Source: Elusimicrobiota bacterium | Lineage (GTDB): Bacteria > Elusimicrobiota > Elusimicrobia > UBA1565 > JACRDR01 | Assembly: GCA_041694815.1 (NCBI GenBank) | Contig: JBGFSC010000041.1 | Span: 1 to 39,711 of the forward strand | Reading direction: 5' to 3' | DNA: 39,711 bases | In this document: positions 8,687 to 17,405 of the stretch, piece by piece | Layout: the number at the start of each line of letters is the position of its first letter | Position numbering within the stretch: the first letter of the stretch is position 1 | The notes under the pieces: generated by a model | What the model saw: only the letters and a program-made list of their open reading frames with translations | What the model was told of the DNA's origin: nothing | Databases searched by the model: none | Made by a program: the position numbers and the translations under genes

Positions 8687-11600
8687 GAGACCGCGATCAT
8701 CCGATAATCCTGGAGTTCGACCCAAGCTCGGCCCTCCTCATCGAAGACGACGGCGTCGTAGACGCTCTTTTGGCCCTCCTCGGCTCCCTTGTACCAGACG
8801 CGGACGAAAAGGCGGCGCGGGGCTTCTTTATCATGCGGGAGCAGGCGGATGCGGCCGATGGAATCCGGCAGCGTCATTTTCTTGGAGAAGTGCAGGTCGC
8901 GGTAGCCGCAGGCTTGGAAGGCGGCCTCGGTCAGCAGGGGGTGGAAGGCGAGCTCCTTGGCCTTACCGTCCCAGAGCGGCTTGGCCGGCCGGAGGTAGAC
9001 GGCCAAGAGCTCCTTTTCGCTCAGCGATACGACGCCCTCGAGCACTTGGAAGCTGGGGCCGTGGAAGTAGGCGGAGTAGATCGCCTCCGGCTTGACCGCG
9101 AAGGGAGCCTTCTCGGCTCGGCCCGGGGCGGCCAGCGCAGGCGCCACAGAAAGGAGGCGGGCGGAAAAATGGGTGCGCGGGCCGCCGAGCTTAAGTCCCT
9201 GCGGCGTGATGAAATCGGACTCGATGGACAGTTCACCGGACTTCTTGGCGCGGCAGCGCACCGCGATGGGCCTGTTGCGCAGCAGCTTGATCGGCAGCGA
9301 GAAGCGCACGTCCTCGAAGCCTCCGGGCAGATGGCCCGAGAGCCTACCGAGGGCCTCGGCGAAAAGCTCGAGCCCCATCACCCCCGGGACGTAGGGGACG
9401 CCCGCGATCGAATGATCCGCCAGCCATGGATCCTTCTCGAGGCTGAACTCCTTTTCCAGGACGATCTCTTCGGCCCCTTCCTGGAGGGTCCTCTCGGCAA
9501 GCAGGGCCGCGCCCTTGGGAAAAGGAACGGATTCGGGTGCCTTCGGGAGCGCCGTCACGGCGCCGCCGCGGACCATCTGAGCGTCTAAGTCCATGCGGCC
9601 CAGCGAGCCGGCCAGCAGCACCTCGCTTTCGGGGCAGCCCGAGGCGGCCTCCTCCAGCAGCATCCGCACGGCGACGGGGGGCGGCATGAAATCGACGCCC
9701 TGCGACTTGAGGAACTGCTCCACGCCGCCCCGCGTGGCCATGCCGATCTCGGCGATGGCCGTCAGGTCCACCGCGGTGGCCGCCACGCCTTGCGAGCGCA
9801 TCCAGCAAGAGAGGCCGGCCAGGAATTCGCTGGCCGCGGCGTAATCGGTCTGTCCGACGTTTCCGAAGCGGCCCACGACCGAGGAGAAGAAAACCCAGCG
9901 CTGCCCGGCCTTGGGCTTTAAATGCCGATACAGGTAATAGGCCCCGTGCGCCTTCGCCCGGAACACGGCCGCGAAGCGCTCGGGGGTCTTGTCCGCCAAG
10001 AGCTTGGATTCCTCGAGCCCCGCGGCGTGGAATACGCAGTCCGCGGAGAACGGCTTTAAGGATCTTAAGGCCGCTGCCAGCGCGGCCTCGTCGGCGATAT
10101 CCGCCGCGAGGTAATGGACCTGGGCGCCGGCGGCGCGCATGGATTCCAAGTTTCGATACAGCTCGGCGGCCTTCGCCACGCGCGAAAATTCGCGCTCGAG
10201 AAGCACCGGAGTCGCCTTGCGGGATTTATCCGCCTTGAGCTTTTCCCACATCCGCTGCTTTAAGGAGCTGAGGCCGGCCGCGTCGAGTTTCGCCCATTCG
10301 GCGGCCTCCTTCGAGAGCGGCGTGCGCCCGATGATCACCAATTTGGGCTTATAGGTCCGGGCCAGCTCCTTGGCGAGCTCGGCGCCCAGGCCCTGGCCGC
10401 CGCCCGTCACGACGACCCAGGATTTGGGGCCCAGGAAGGCGACGACGGCCGGGGGCTTGGCCGCCTTCAGGCGGAGGCCCCGACGCTTGCCTTTCTCGAA
10501 GAAGACCTCGCCGATCGGGTCGTCGCCCTGCAGCTCGGCGCACGCGGAGGAGGCCGCCTCCGCCGTTGAGAACTTGCCGCGAAAGACGAGCGCCTGCACC
10601 CGGGCCTTGGGCAATTCCTTCCGCAAGGCCTTGGCCAGCCCCGACAAAGCCGCAGACAAGGGGTGTTCGGCGCCTACGGTCAGTATCCAGCCGGAATCCT
10701 CCAGCGCCGGGCCCAGGCGTTTGGCGGCCGACAATAGCGGAAGCAGCGAGCCGGAGAACTCATTCTCAAAAGTCTTGGGGGTCGATTTATTGAAATCGCC
10801 GAACTCGAGCCCGGCCAGGCAGAGAATCCCCTGCGGCTTGGAGGCGGCCGCCTTTTCGATGGAGCTGCTGGAGGCCGAAGGCTTGAGCACGAGCGAAGGG
10901 ACCCCGGCCGCCTTCAAGGCGGCGGCGAAGGGCTTGGCCGCCGCGGCGCTCGCCGATAGTATCAGCGCGGGGCGGGTTTTTGAAAGGGGAGTTGCGGTGG
11001 TGCCAGCCTTTAGGCTGGCACCCCTTCCACGCGGCGGCAAGGGACGGTCATAAAGCTCCGGCACCCAGCGCTCGAAATGAGCGGCGGCCGCGACGGGCTT
11101 GGCCGCCTCGCGGAGGGGCGCCTCGGGGGCCGTGCCGTTGGCCGTCTGGCTCAGCACGAAGCCGATCACATGCCGCAGCGTGGGATAATCCTTGAGGGCC
11201 AGGTTCTCCTGCTTGGGGATGCCGTATTTCTCGCGGATGATGCCGATGAGCTCGGCCTGCTTGACCGTGTCGATGCCGAGGTCGGCCTCCATGTCCAAAT
11301 CCAGCTCGAGCATTTCCGCGGGGTAGCCGGTCTTCTCGCTGACCAAGGCGGTGACGGCGGCGCGGATCTCCGGCTCGCGCCCGTCCGCGGGCGCGGGTAA
11401 CGATGGTGCCAGGGATTGACTTTCGCCTAGGCGAAAGTCAATCCCTGGCACCGTAACAATACCGGAAGGCTCCGTCGGAATCTTCTCGGCGGGCGGTTCC
11501 GGGGCGGCAGGGGTCGACGAGCCTCCCGTGTTGCTCAAAACGAAGCGCACGACATGGCGCAAGGTGGGATAATCCTTGAGGGCCAGGTTCTCCTGCTTGG

Positions 11601-14600
11601 GGATGCCGTATTTCTCGCGGACGATGCCGATGAGCTCGGCCTGCTTGACCGTGTCGATGCCGAGATCGGCCTCCATGTCCAAATCCGGCTCGAGCATTTC
11701 CGCGGGGTATCCGGTCTTCTCGCTGACCAAGGCGGTGATCGCCCGCAGCACTTCGCCTTCTCCTAGGCTTGCGCCCACCGCGACGGGGACCCGGACGGGT
11801 TTCGGCGCCTGCGTGGCGGATGGTGCCAGGGATTGACTTTCGCCTAGGCGAAAGTCAATCCCTGGCACCTCGGAACGGCCGGCCACGGGCGCCGGGGCGG
11901 CGGCGCCCGTGGGCTCCTTGACTCGCAGGGTGTTCTGCGCCACCTCGAGCTCGGGGTTCTCCTGTCCCGAGACCTTGCGCAGCCAGCGGAGGTGGCGCGC
12001 CGGGTCGTAGACGCGCTTTTCGCCTTTCTTGAGCGCGCGGCGCATCAAGGTCATGGCGATCTGCGAGCCGAAGCCGGCGCCGAGCCGCAGCGCGTATTCG
12101 AGATCGTGCTCGCCCCCGTGGCTGAGCGTGACGCCCGCCAGCTCGGGGTCCGGCTCGCGGTAGTTGGCGATCGGCGGGAGGAGGCCGGTGACCAGCGCGC
12201 GGATGGCCACGGGATCCTCGATGGAGGCGCCCATCGAATGCCCCGTGAATCCCTTGGTATTGGCCACGATGATGCGGCGCGCGTCATCGCCGAAGGTTTT
12301 TTTAAGCGCCTGCACCTCGGCGGAGGCCGAGCCTCCCCTCGCCGGCGTGTAGGTCTCGTGAGACATGAACAGGGCCTTGGCGGCCACTTCCCGGCGGCTG
12401 AGGGCGTGCCGGCGCTCCGCCTGGAGCATCAACGAATCCATGACCTCGCTGACGTGCGCGGTCTCCAGGCGCGTGGCGTGGTAGGCGGAATTCTTGAATT
12501 CGCTCGCGAGTATCTCGGCCAGCGGCTTCATGCCGCGCTGGGCGGTTTGGGCGCCGTCCTCGATCACGAGGCCCGCCGCCCCCATGCCGAGTATCATGCC
12601 GTGGCGGCGCCGGTCGAAGGGCAGCGCCGCCTCGCTGACGACGCCGGTCGTCGTCGCCGCGCCGGCGGCCAGAAACCCCGAGATCATCCACTCGCGCAGG
12701 GCGGGGCTGGTGACGTCGTCGCCGGCGATGACCACCACCCGCTTGGCGCGGCCAAGCCGTATCCAATCCTCGGCCATGCATACCGCCTGGGTCGTCGAGG
12801 CGCAGGCCGCGCTGATCTGCGAGGAAGGCCCGCGCGCCCCGATCCATTGCGCCAGCTGGCTGTGGCCCAAGGGCATCACCCTCAGGAGGAAGTCGCGGCT
12901 GAACTCGTAGGGTCCCTCGCCGCCGTAGCGCTCTTGGTACTGCTTGAAGTGGGCGGTCATCCAATGCTCGACGGCCGCGCGCTCCTCCGGGCTCTTGAGC
13001 TGCGAGAGCAGCGACTGCAGCATCGCCGAGAGCTCGCGCAGCGGCTTGCGCCGGAACTTGTCGGCGAGATGCCGCGAGACCTCGGAGGCCATGCTGTCGA
13101 GAGAGGGATAGGCCGTGGCGAAGATGACGCCGGTCTCGTCCTTGAGCGCCGCGGGCAATTGCCAGCCCGTGGGAATCTTGGAGCCGGTGGTCGCCGTCTT
13201 GTAGGTGCGCACGAGCGGGATACCGGCGTCCTTTAAGGCCAATATCCCGGCCGCCACGGCGAGCCGGGAGGAAACGTCCATGGCGTGCGCGAGCGATTCC
13301 TTGAAGCCGAACTCCTTGGCCAGGTCGAATTCTCCGGCCAGGGCGGCGAGCTTGACCACCTCGGCGGCCGACTCGATGCGCTCGAGGCGATGATTGCCCG
13401 AGTCGGCCTTGATGAGGCGCACGATGTTTTTGTCGATCTGGCGCTGGAGGTCGGCATCGGAGAGCTTGCCGATCAGGTTTTGCCCGCGGATGATGTTGTC
13501 GAGGTTGTCCTCCCTGAAGACGCGGTCCCAGGCTCCGGGGGTCCCCGCGGCGATGCCGCTGACGACGATCGGGCCGAGATGGAGGCCCCAGCGTTCGATC
13601 AGGCTCGCGTCTGCCGCGCCGCCCGTACCTTCGCGCGGGCGCGGAGCCGAGACCGAGGGCTTCGGGTGGATCCAGGCGTGATACCCCGGCGTGTAAAAGC
13701 CCGGCCGGTAGGGATCCTTATCGTCGAGCTTGAGTTCCACCCCCTCGGCGGCGAGCCTCGCCAAGAGATCGTTGAACTCGAGCACGCCGCCCTTCTTCGG
13801 GTGGTTGGAGGAAAGCGCGGCGGCCTCCGCCTGGCCCTCGAGTATGCTCGTCGCGAAGGCGGTGAGCACGCGCTTGGGACCGACCTCGACGAACAGGCGC
13901 ACGCCGTCTTGGCGCATGCGCTCGACCTGGCGGATGAACTCCACGGGGGCCGCGATCTGCTCGACTAGGAGCTTGCGTATCTCCTGCGGGTCGTCGGGAT
14001 AGTAGGCCGCCGTGACGTTGGAGAGGATCGGTATCGCGGGAGCCTTGAGCGGCAGCCTCGAGAGCACGTTGGAATAGGGGGCTTGCGCCGGGGCGACGAT
14101 CTTGGAATGGAAGGCGTGCGAGACGCGGATTTCGACCGCTTGGACGCCCTGCTCCAGGAATTTCTTGACCGCCGACTCCACCGCACGGGTCTCGCCGGCG
14201 ATAACGGTCTGGATCGGGCAGTTCTTGTTGGCGGCGACGACGTAGCCCTGCACCTGCCGCAGCACCGGCTCGACCTTCTCCAGCGGGGCGGCGATGGAGG
14301 CCATCTTGCCGGAATCCTCGACCTTGACTCCGGCCATCTCCTTGGCACGCGAGGAGACGGCCAGGAGCGCGTCCTTGAAGGGCAATATCCCGGCGGCGAC
14401 GAGGGCCCCGTACTCGCCGAGGCTGTGGCCGCAGACCACGTCGGGCCTTACCCCGTAGCTCTCTAATAAGCGCAGCATCGCGATGTCGGCGGTAAGTACC
14501 GCCGGCTGCGTGATCTCCGTCTGCTTGATGCGCTCCTCCATGCGGAGCAGCTCTTGGGGGCTCTCTCCCCCCTTCGTGAACAGGACTTCGGTGAGCTTAT

Positions 14601-16530
14601 GGCCGACGATCTCGGACATCACCTCGTCGGCCTCGGCGAAGGTATCGGAGACCACCCGGTACTTGCGGGCCAAGTCCTTGAACATGTCGACGTATTGCGA
14701 GCCCTGTCCCGGGAAAAGGAATCCGATCTTGCCGGGCTTGCGCGCGCGGCCCGCGTGCAGCCCCTTGGCCTTGTATAGCGGCGGGGCCTTCTCCCAGATC
14801 GAGGAGTCCCGGGAGCGCAGGACGAACTCGATCTTTTCCTTGAGTTTGGCCCCGTTTTCCGCCGCGAGCCCGAGCGTGTATTCCTGGCGCTTGCCGGCGT
14901 TAAATTCCCACGCGGCGAGGGTCAGCGGCCCTTCGGAAGGGACCTTGTCGCTTAAGGCCTTGAGGCGGTCGAAAATCGCGTCCGGCGTGCCGCCGTGCGC
15001 GAGGAAGGCCTCGCCCCCGAGCGCCGGGTCCATATCGGGAGCCGCTGGCCCCGGATCGAGGGATTCCGTCAATCCTCCCGTTTTCTCCAAAAGGGAGAGA
15101 TCGCCGAGCCGGATCATAGTTTCGGCGTCGACCTCCTCTAAGGCGAGATGGAAATTCGTGCCGCCGAAGCCGAAGGAGCTTACGTGGGCTCGGCGCGGGT
15201 GCGCGGAGCGCTCCCATTCGCGCAGCTCCGTCACTACGAAGAACGGGGAACGCTCCCAGTCGATGCCCGGATTGGGGGTCTTGAAATGGATGCTGGGCGG
15301 CAGCTTCTTGTCGCGCAGGGCCAGGGCGGCCTTGATCACGCTCGCGGCTCCCGCCGCGGCTTTGAGATGCCCGATCTGCGACTTGACCGAGCCGAGGCCG
15401 ATGGAGCCCTTGGGCGCCGCCTTGAATATCTCGATGGCGGCGTTGGCCTCGATGACGTCGCCGACCTTCGTCGAGGTGCCGTGCGCCTCCAGCAGGCCCA
15501 CCGCCTCCGGCGCGTAATTGAGCTGGCGGAAGGCGCGCTCGATGGCCAGGCGCTGCCCCTTTGGATTAGGCGCGGTGATGCCCTTGCCGCGGCCGTCCGA
15601 GGAGGACCCGACGGCCCGGATCAAGGCGTAGATGCGGTCTCCGTCCTTGAGCGCGTCGCGCAGGCGCTTGAGCACCATTACGCCGGCGCCCTCGCCCATC
15701 ACGAAGCCGTTGGCGCCGGCGTCGAAAGGCCGGGACCCGTCGGGGGAGAGGGCCCCGATCTTGCAGAACTTGACGAAGGCCGGAGCCGACATCATCTGGT
15801 CGATCCCGCCGCTTAAGGCCATGTCGTACTCGTGGAAGCGCAGCCCGGAGACGGCCTGGCTCAGCGCGGCCAAGGACGAGGCGCAGGCGGCGTCGACGGT
15901 GATGTTGGCGCCGTTGAAATTGAACGCGTTGGCGACCCGGCCGGCGATGACGTTGGAAAGCTCGCCGGGCATCGTATCTTCCGTGATCGTGCTCAGTTGG
16001 GACTTGGCCGAGCGCTCCATCTCGTCGGCGATGGCCCGCCTGGCGGTCTCGGGAAGGGCGGCGAAGGAGGGGCTCGATTCGAGCTGTTGGCGGTAATAGG
16101 AAGCGTAAACGCGCAGGTCGGTCTGCTCTTTCTTCGGCCCGCCCATCGAATTGCCTAGGATGACGGCCGTGCGCTCGGGATCGTAAGGCTTCTTGTCGTA
16201 GCCCGAGTCGCGCAGGGCCTCGGCGGTCGCCGAGACGGCCAACTGCTGCACCCCGTCCATCTGCTGGGCCACCGGCGGCGGGATGCGCAGCTTGAGCGGA
16301 TCGAATTTAAATCCCTGGATGAATCCGCCGATCTTGGAATAGGTTTTGTCCGGCGCGGCGGGATCAGGATCGTAATAGAGCCGCCAGTCCCAGCGCTCGG
16401 GCGGGACTTGGGAGATGCAGTCCTTGCCGTTCTGGATATTCGTCCAGAACTCCGGGATGTCCTGGGCGCCGGGGAATATGCCGCCGATCCCGACGATGGC
16501 GATGGATTCCGACGGGTCGATGCGCGTCAT
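8683..16530 (-). CDS. Type I PKS/FAS-like megasynthase, KS-AT-KS-ACP-ACP-KR-DH
   Basis: KS1 DAACASS/HGTST/GHLKAAAG; AT GQGSQ/GHSLG/HAFHS; KS2 SAACAST/HETYT/GHSMGA; 2x DLGIDTVKQ; KR VTGGGQGLG and FSS..G..GQTDYAAA; DH HSIAGVPYVP. Confidence 0.92.
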   Translation of the reverse strand: MTRIDPSESIAIVGIGGIFPGAQDIPEFWTNIQNGKDCISQVPPERWDWRLYYDPDPAAPDKTYSKIGGFIQGFKFDPLKLRIPPPVAQQMDGVQQLAVSATAEALRDSGYDKKPYDPERTAVILGNSMGGPKKEQTDLRVYASYYRQQLESSPSFAALPETARRAIADEMERSAKSQLSTITEDTMPGELSNVIAGRVANAFNFNGANITVDAACASSLAALSQAVSGLRFHEYDMALSGGIDQMMSAPAFVKFCKIGALSPDGSRPFDAGANGFVMGEGAGVMVLKRLRDALKDGDRIYALIRAVGSSSDGRGKGITAPNPKGQRLAIERAFRQLNYAPEAVGLLEAHGTSTKVGDVIEANAAIEIFKAAPKGSIGLGSVKSQIGHLKAAAGAASVIKAALALRDKKLPPSIHFKTPNPGIDWERSPFFVVTELREWERSAHPRRAHVSSFGFGGTNFHLALEEVDAETMIRLGDLSLLEKTGGLTESLDPGPAAPDMDPALGGEAFLAHGGTPDAIFDRLKALSDKVPSEGPLTLAAWEFNAGKRQEYTLGLAAENGAKLKEKIEFVLRSRDSSIWEKAPPLYKAKGLHAGRARKPGKIGFLFPGQGSQYVDMFKDLARKYRVVSDTFAEADEVMSEIVGHKLTEVLFTKGGESPQELLRMEERIKQTEITQPAVLTADIAMLRLLESYGVRPDVVCGHSLGEYGALVAAGILPFKDALLAVSSRAKEMAGVKVEDSGKMASIAAPLEKVEPVLRQVQGYVVAANKNCPIQTVIAGETRAVESAVKKFLEQGVQAVEIRVSHAFHSKIVAPAQAPYSNVLSRLPLKAPAIPILSNVTAAYYPDDPQEIRKLLVEQIAAPVEFIRQVERMRQDGVRLFVEVGPKRVLTAFATSILEGQAEAAALSSNHPKKGGVLEFNDLLARLAAEGVELKLDDKDPYRPGFYTPGYHAWIHPKPSVSAPRPREGTGGAADASLIERWGLHLGPIVVSGIAAGTPGAWDRVFREDNLDNIIRGQNLIGKLSDADLQRQIDKNIVRLIKADSGNHRLERIESAAEVVKLAALAGEFDLAKEFGFKESLAHAMDVSSRLAVAAGILALKDAGIPLVRTYKTATTGSKIPTGWQLPAALKDETGVIFATAYPSLDSMASEVSRHLADKFRRKPLRELSAMLQSLLSQLKSPEERAAVEHWMTAHFKQYQERYGGEGPYEFSRDFLLRVMPLGHSQLAQWIGARGPSSQISAACASTTQAVCMAEDWIRLGRAKRVVVIAGDDVTSPALREWMISGFLAAGAATTTGVVSEAALPFDRRRHGMILGMGAAGLVIEDGAQTAQRGMKPLAEILASEFKNSAYHATRLETAHVSEVMDSLMLQAERRHALSRREVAAKALFMSHETYTPARGGSASAEVQALKKTFGDDARRIIVANTKGFTGHSMGASIEDPVAIRALVTGLLPPIANYREPDPELAGVTLSHGGEHDLEYALRLGAGFGSQIAMTLMRRALKKGEKRVYDPARHLRWLRKVSGQENPELEVAQNTLRVKEPTGAAAPAPVAGRSEVPGIDFRLGESQSLAPSATQAPKPVRVPVAVGASLGEGEVLRAITALVSEKTGYPAEMLEPDLDMEADLGIDTVKQAELIGIVREKYGIPKQENLALKDYPTLRHVVRFVLSNTGGSSTPAAPEPPAEKIPTEPSGIVTVPGIDFRLGESQSLAPSLPAPADGREPEIRAAVTALVSEKTGYPAEMLELDLDMEADLGIDTVKQAELIGIIREKYGIPKQENLALKDYPTLRHVIGFVLSQTANGTAPEAPLREAAKPVAAAAHFERWVPELYDRPLPPRGRGASLKAGTTATPLSKTRPALILSASAAAAKPFAAALKAAGVPSLVLKPSASSSSIEKAAASKPQGILCLAGLEFGDFNKSTPKTFENEFSGSLLPLLSAAKRLGPALEDSGWILTVGAEHPLSAALSGLAKALRKELPKARVQALVFRGKFSTAEAASSACAELQGDDPIGEVFFEKGKRRGLRLKAAKPPAVVAFLGPKSWVVVTGGGQGLGAELAKELARTYKPKLVIIGRTPLSKEAAEWAKLDAAGLSSLKQRMWEKLKADKSRKATPVLLEREFSRVAKAAELYRNLESMRAAGAQVHYLAADIADEAALAAALRSLKPFSADCVFHAAGLEESKLLADKTPERFAAVFRAKAHGAYYLYRHLKPKAGQRWVFFSSVVGRFGNVGQTDYAAASEFLAGLSCWMRSQGVAATAVDLTAIAEIGMATRGGVEQFLKSQGVDFMPPPVAVRMLLEEAASGCPESEVLLAGSLGRMDLDAQMVRGGAVTALPKAPESVPFPKGAALLAERTLQEGAEEIVLEKEFSLEKDPWLADHSIAGVPYVPGVMGLELFAEALGRLSGHLPGGFEDVRFSLPIKLLRNRPIAVRCRAKKSGELSIESDFITPQGLKLGGPRTHFSARLLSVAPALAAPGRAEKAPFAVKPEAIYSAYFHGPSFQVLEGVVSLSEKELLAVYLRPAKPLWDGKAKELAFHPLLTEAAFQACGYRDLHFSKKMTLPDSIGRIRLLPHDKEAPRRLFVRVWYKGAEEGQKSVYDAVVFDEEGRAWVELQDYRMIAVS
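10999..11022. repeat. 24-bp palindrome within the PKS linker
   Basis: GGTGCCAGCCT-tt-AGGCTGGCACC. Confidence 0.75.
11405..11452. repeat. 48-bp perfect palindrome within the PKS linker (copy 1)
   Basis: GGTGCCAGGGATTGACTTTCGCCT|AGGCGAAAGTCAATCCCTGGCACC, equal to its own reverse complement. Confidence 0.92.
11822..11869. repeat. 48-bp perfect palindrome within the PKS linker (copy 2)
   Basis: Identical to 11405-11452. Confidence 0.92.
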
Positions 16531-16535
16531 CAGGG

Positions 16536-17306
16536 TTAGCCGAGTTGCGGGACGCCGACGATGGAATAGCCCGCGTCCACGAAGATCACCTGGCCGGTGA
16601 TCATCTTGGCCTCCTCCGAGGCGAGAAAGGCCGCCGATTGGGCGACGTCCTTCGTGGTTACGTTGTCGCGCAGCGGGGCGACCGATTTGTGGTAATCGAG
16701 GATGTAGTCGAAGTCCTTGATGCCGCTGGCCGCCAAGGTCTTGATCGGCCCCGCCGAAACCGCGTTGACCCGGATCTTCCTGGGGCCTAGCTCGAAGGCC
16801 AATTCGCGCACGTAGGCTTCCAGCGCGGCCTTGGCCACCCCCATGACCTTGTAATTGGAGCAGACCCGCTGCCCTCCCAGATAAGTCAAGGTGATCACCG
16901 ACCCGCCCCTGGGCATCTTGGGAGCCGAGTGCTGGAGTATCTTGGAGAGCGAGTAGCTCGAAACCGTCAGGGCCTGGCCGAAATCCTCCGCCGTCACCTC
17001 CAGGAGCGGGCGCTCGAAGGTGGACGCCGGGGCGAAGGCGATGGAGTGGATCACGATGTCGATCGGGTCCTTGATTTTTGCGAAAAAAGCTTGCATTTCC
17101 TCTTCTTTCGCGACATCGCAGCGATCGAAGGAAAGTAGATTAGGCAGCTTGGGCGCCAGATCCTTGATGCGGCTGTGGTAACGGAACTGATAGGCGAGGA
17201 TGATCTTGGCGCCCTGGGAGGCCAGTTCTTGTGCGATTGCCCAGGCGATCGAGGTTTCGCTGGCTACGCCGAAAACAAGAGCGGTTTTGCCTTTTAAATC
17301 AGGCAT
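16536..17306 (-). CDS. fabI: Enoyl-ACP reductase
   Basis: GVASETSIAWAIA, HSIAFAP, TLTYLG, NYKVMGVAKAALE, RVNAVSAGPIKTLAASGI, ITGQVIFVDAG. Confidence 0.95.
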   Translation of the reverse strand: MPDLKGKTALVFGVASETSIAWAIAQELASQGAKIILAYQFRYHSRIKDLAPKLPNLLSFDRCDVAKEEEMQAFFAKIKDPIDIVIHSIAFAPASTFERPLLEVTAEDFGQALTVSSYSLSKILQHSAPKMPRGGSVITLTYLGGQRVCSNYKVMGVAKAALEAYVRELAFELGPRKIRVNAVSAGPIKTLAASGIKDFDYILDYHKSVAPLRDNVTTKDVAQSAAFLASEEAKMITGQVIFVDAGYSIVGVPQLG

Positions 17307-17312
17307 TTATGC

Positions 17313-17341
17313 ATTTTATCTATTTTCCGATGGAGCGTCAA
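17313..17341 (-). promoter_or_regulatory. Sigma70-type promoter of the fabI-PKS operon (leaderless)
   Basis: TTGACG-17 nt-TAAAAT, then 6 nt to the ATG. Confidence 0.75.
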
Positions 17342-17367
17342 GAATTTATAAGGAAAGCGTCCGATCG

Positions 17368-17396
17368 TTGACACTTCGGATTTTTTCCGCTACACT
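17368..17396 (+). promoter_or_regulatory. Sigma70-type promoter, divergent from fabI
   Basis: TTGACA-17 nt-TACACT; TTG 6 nt and ATG 9 nt downstream. Confidence 0.78.
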
Positions 17397-17405
17397 GGGC
17401 CGTTG

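Noticed and set aside
8683..16530. Canonical PUFA synthase pfaA
   Set aside because: Extra internal KS, Thr-type ACPs and no pfaB/C/D; FabI is present instead.
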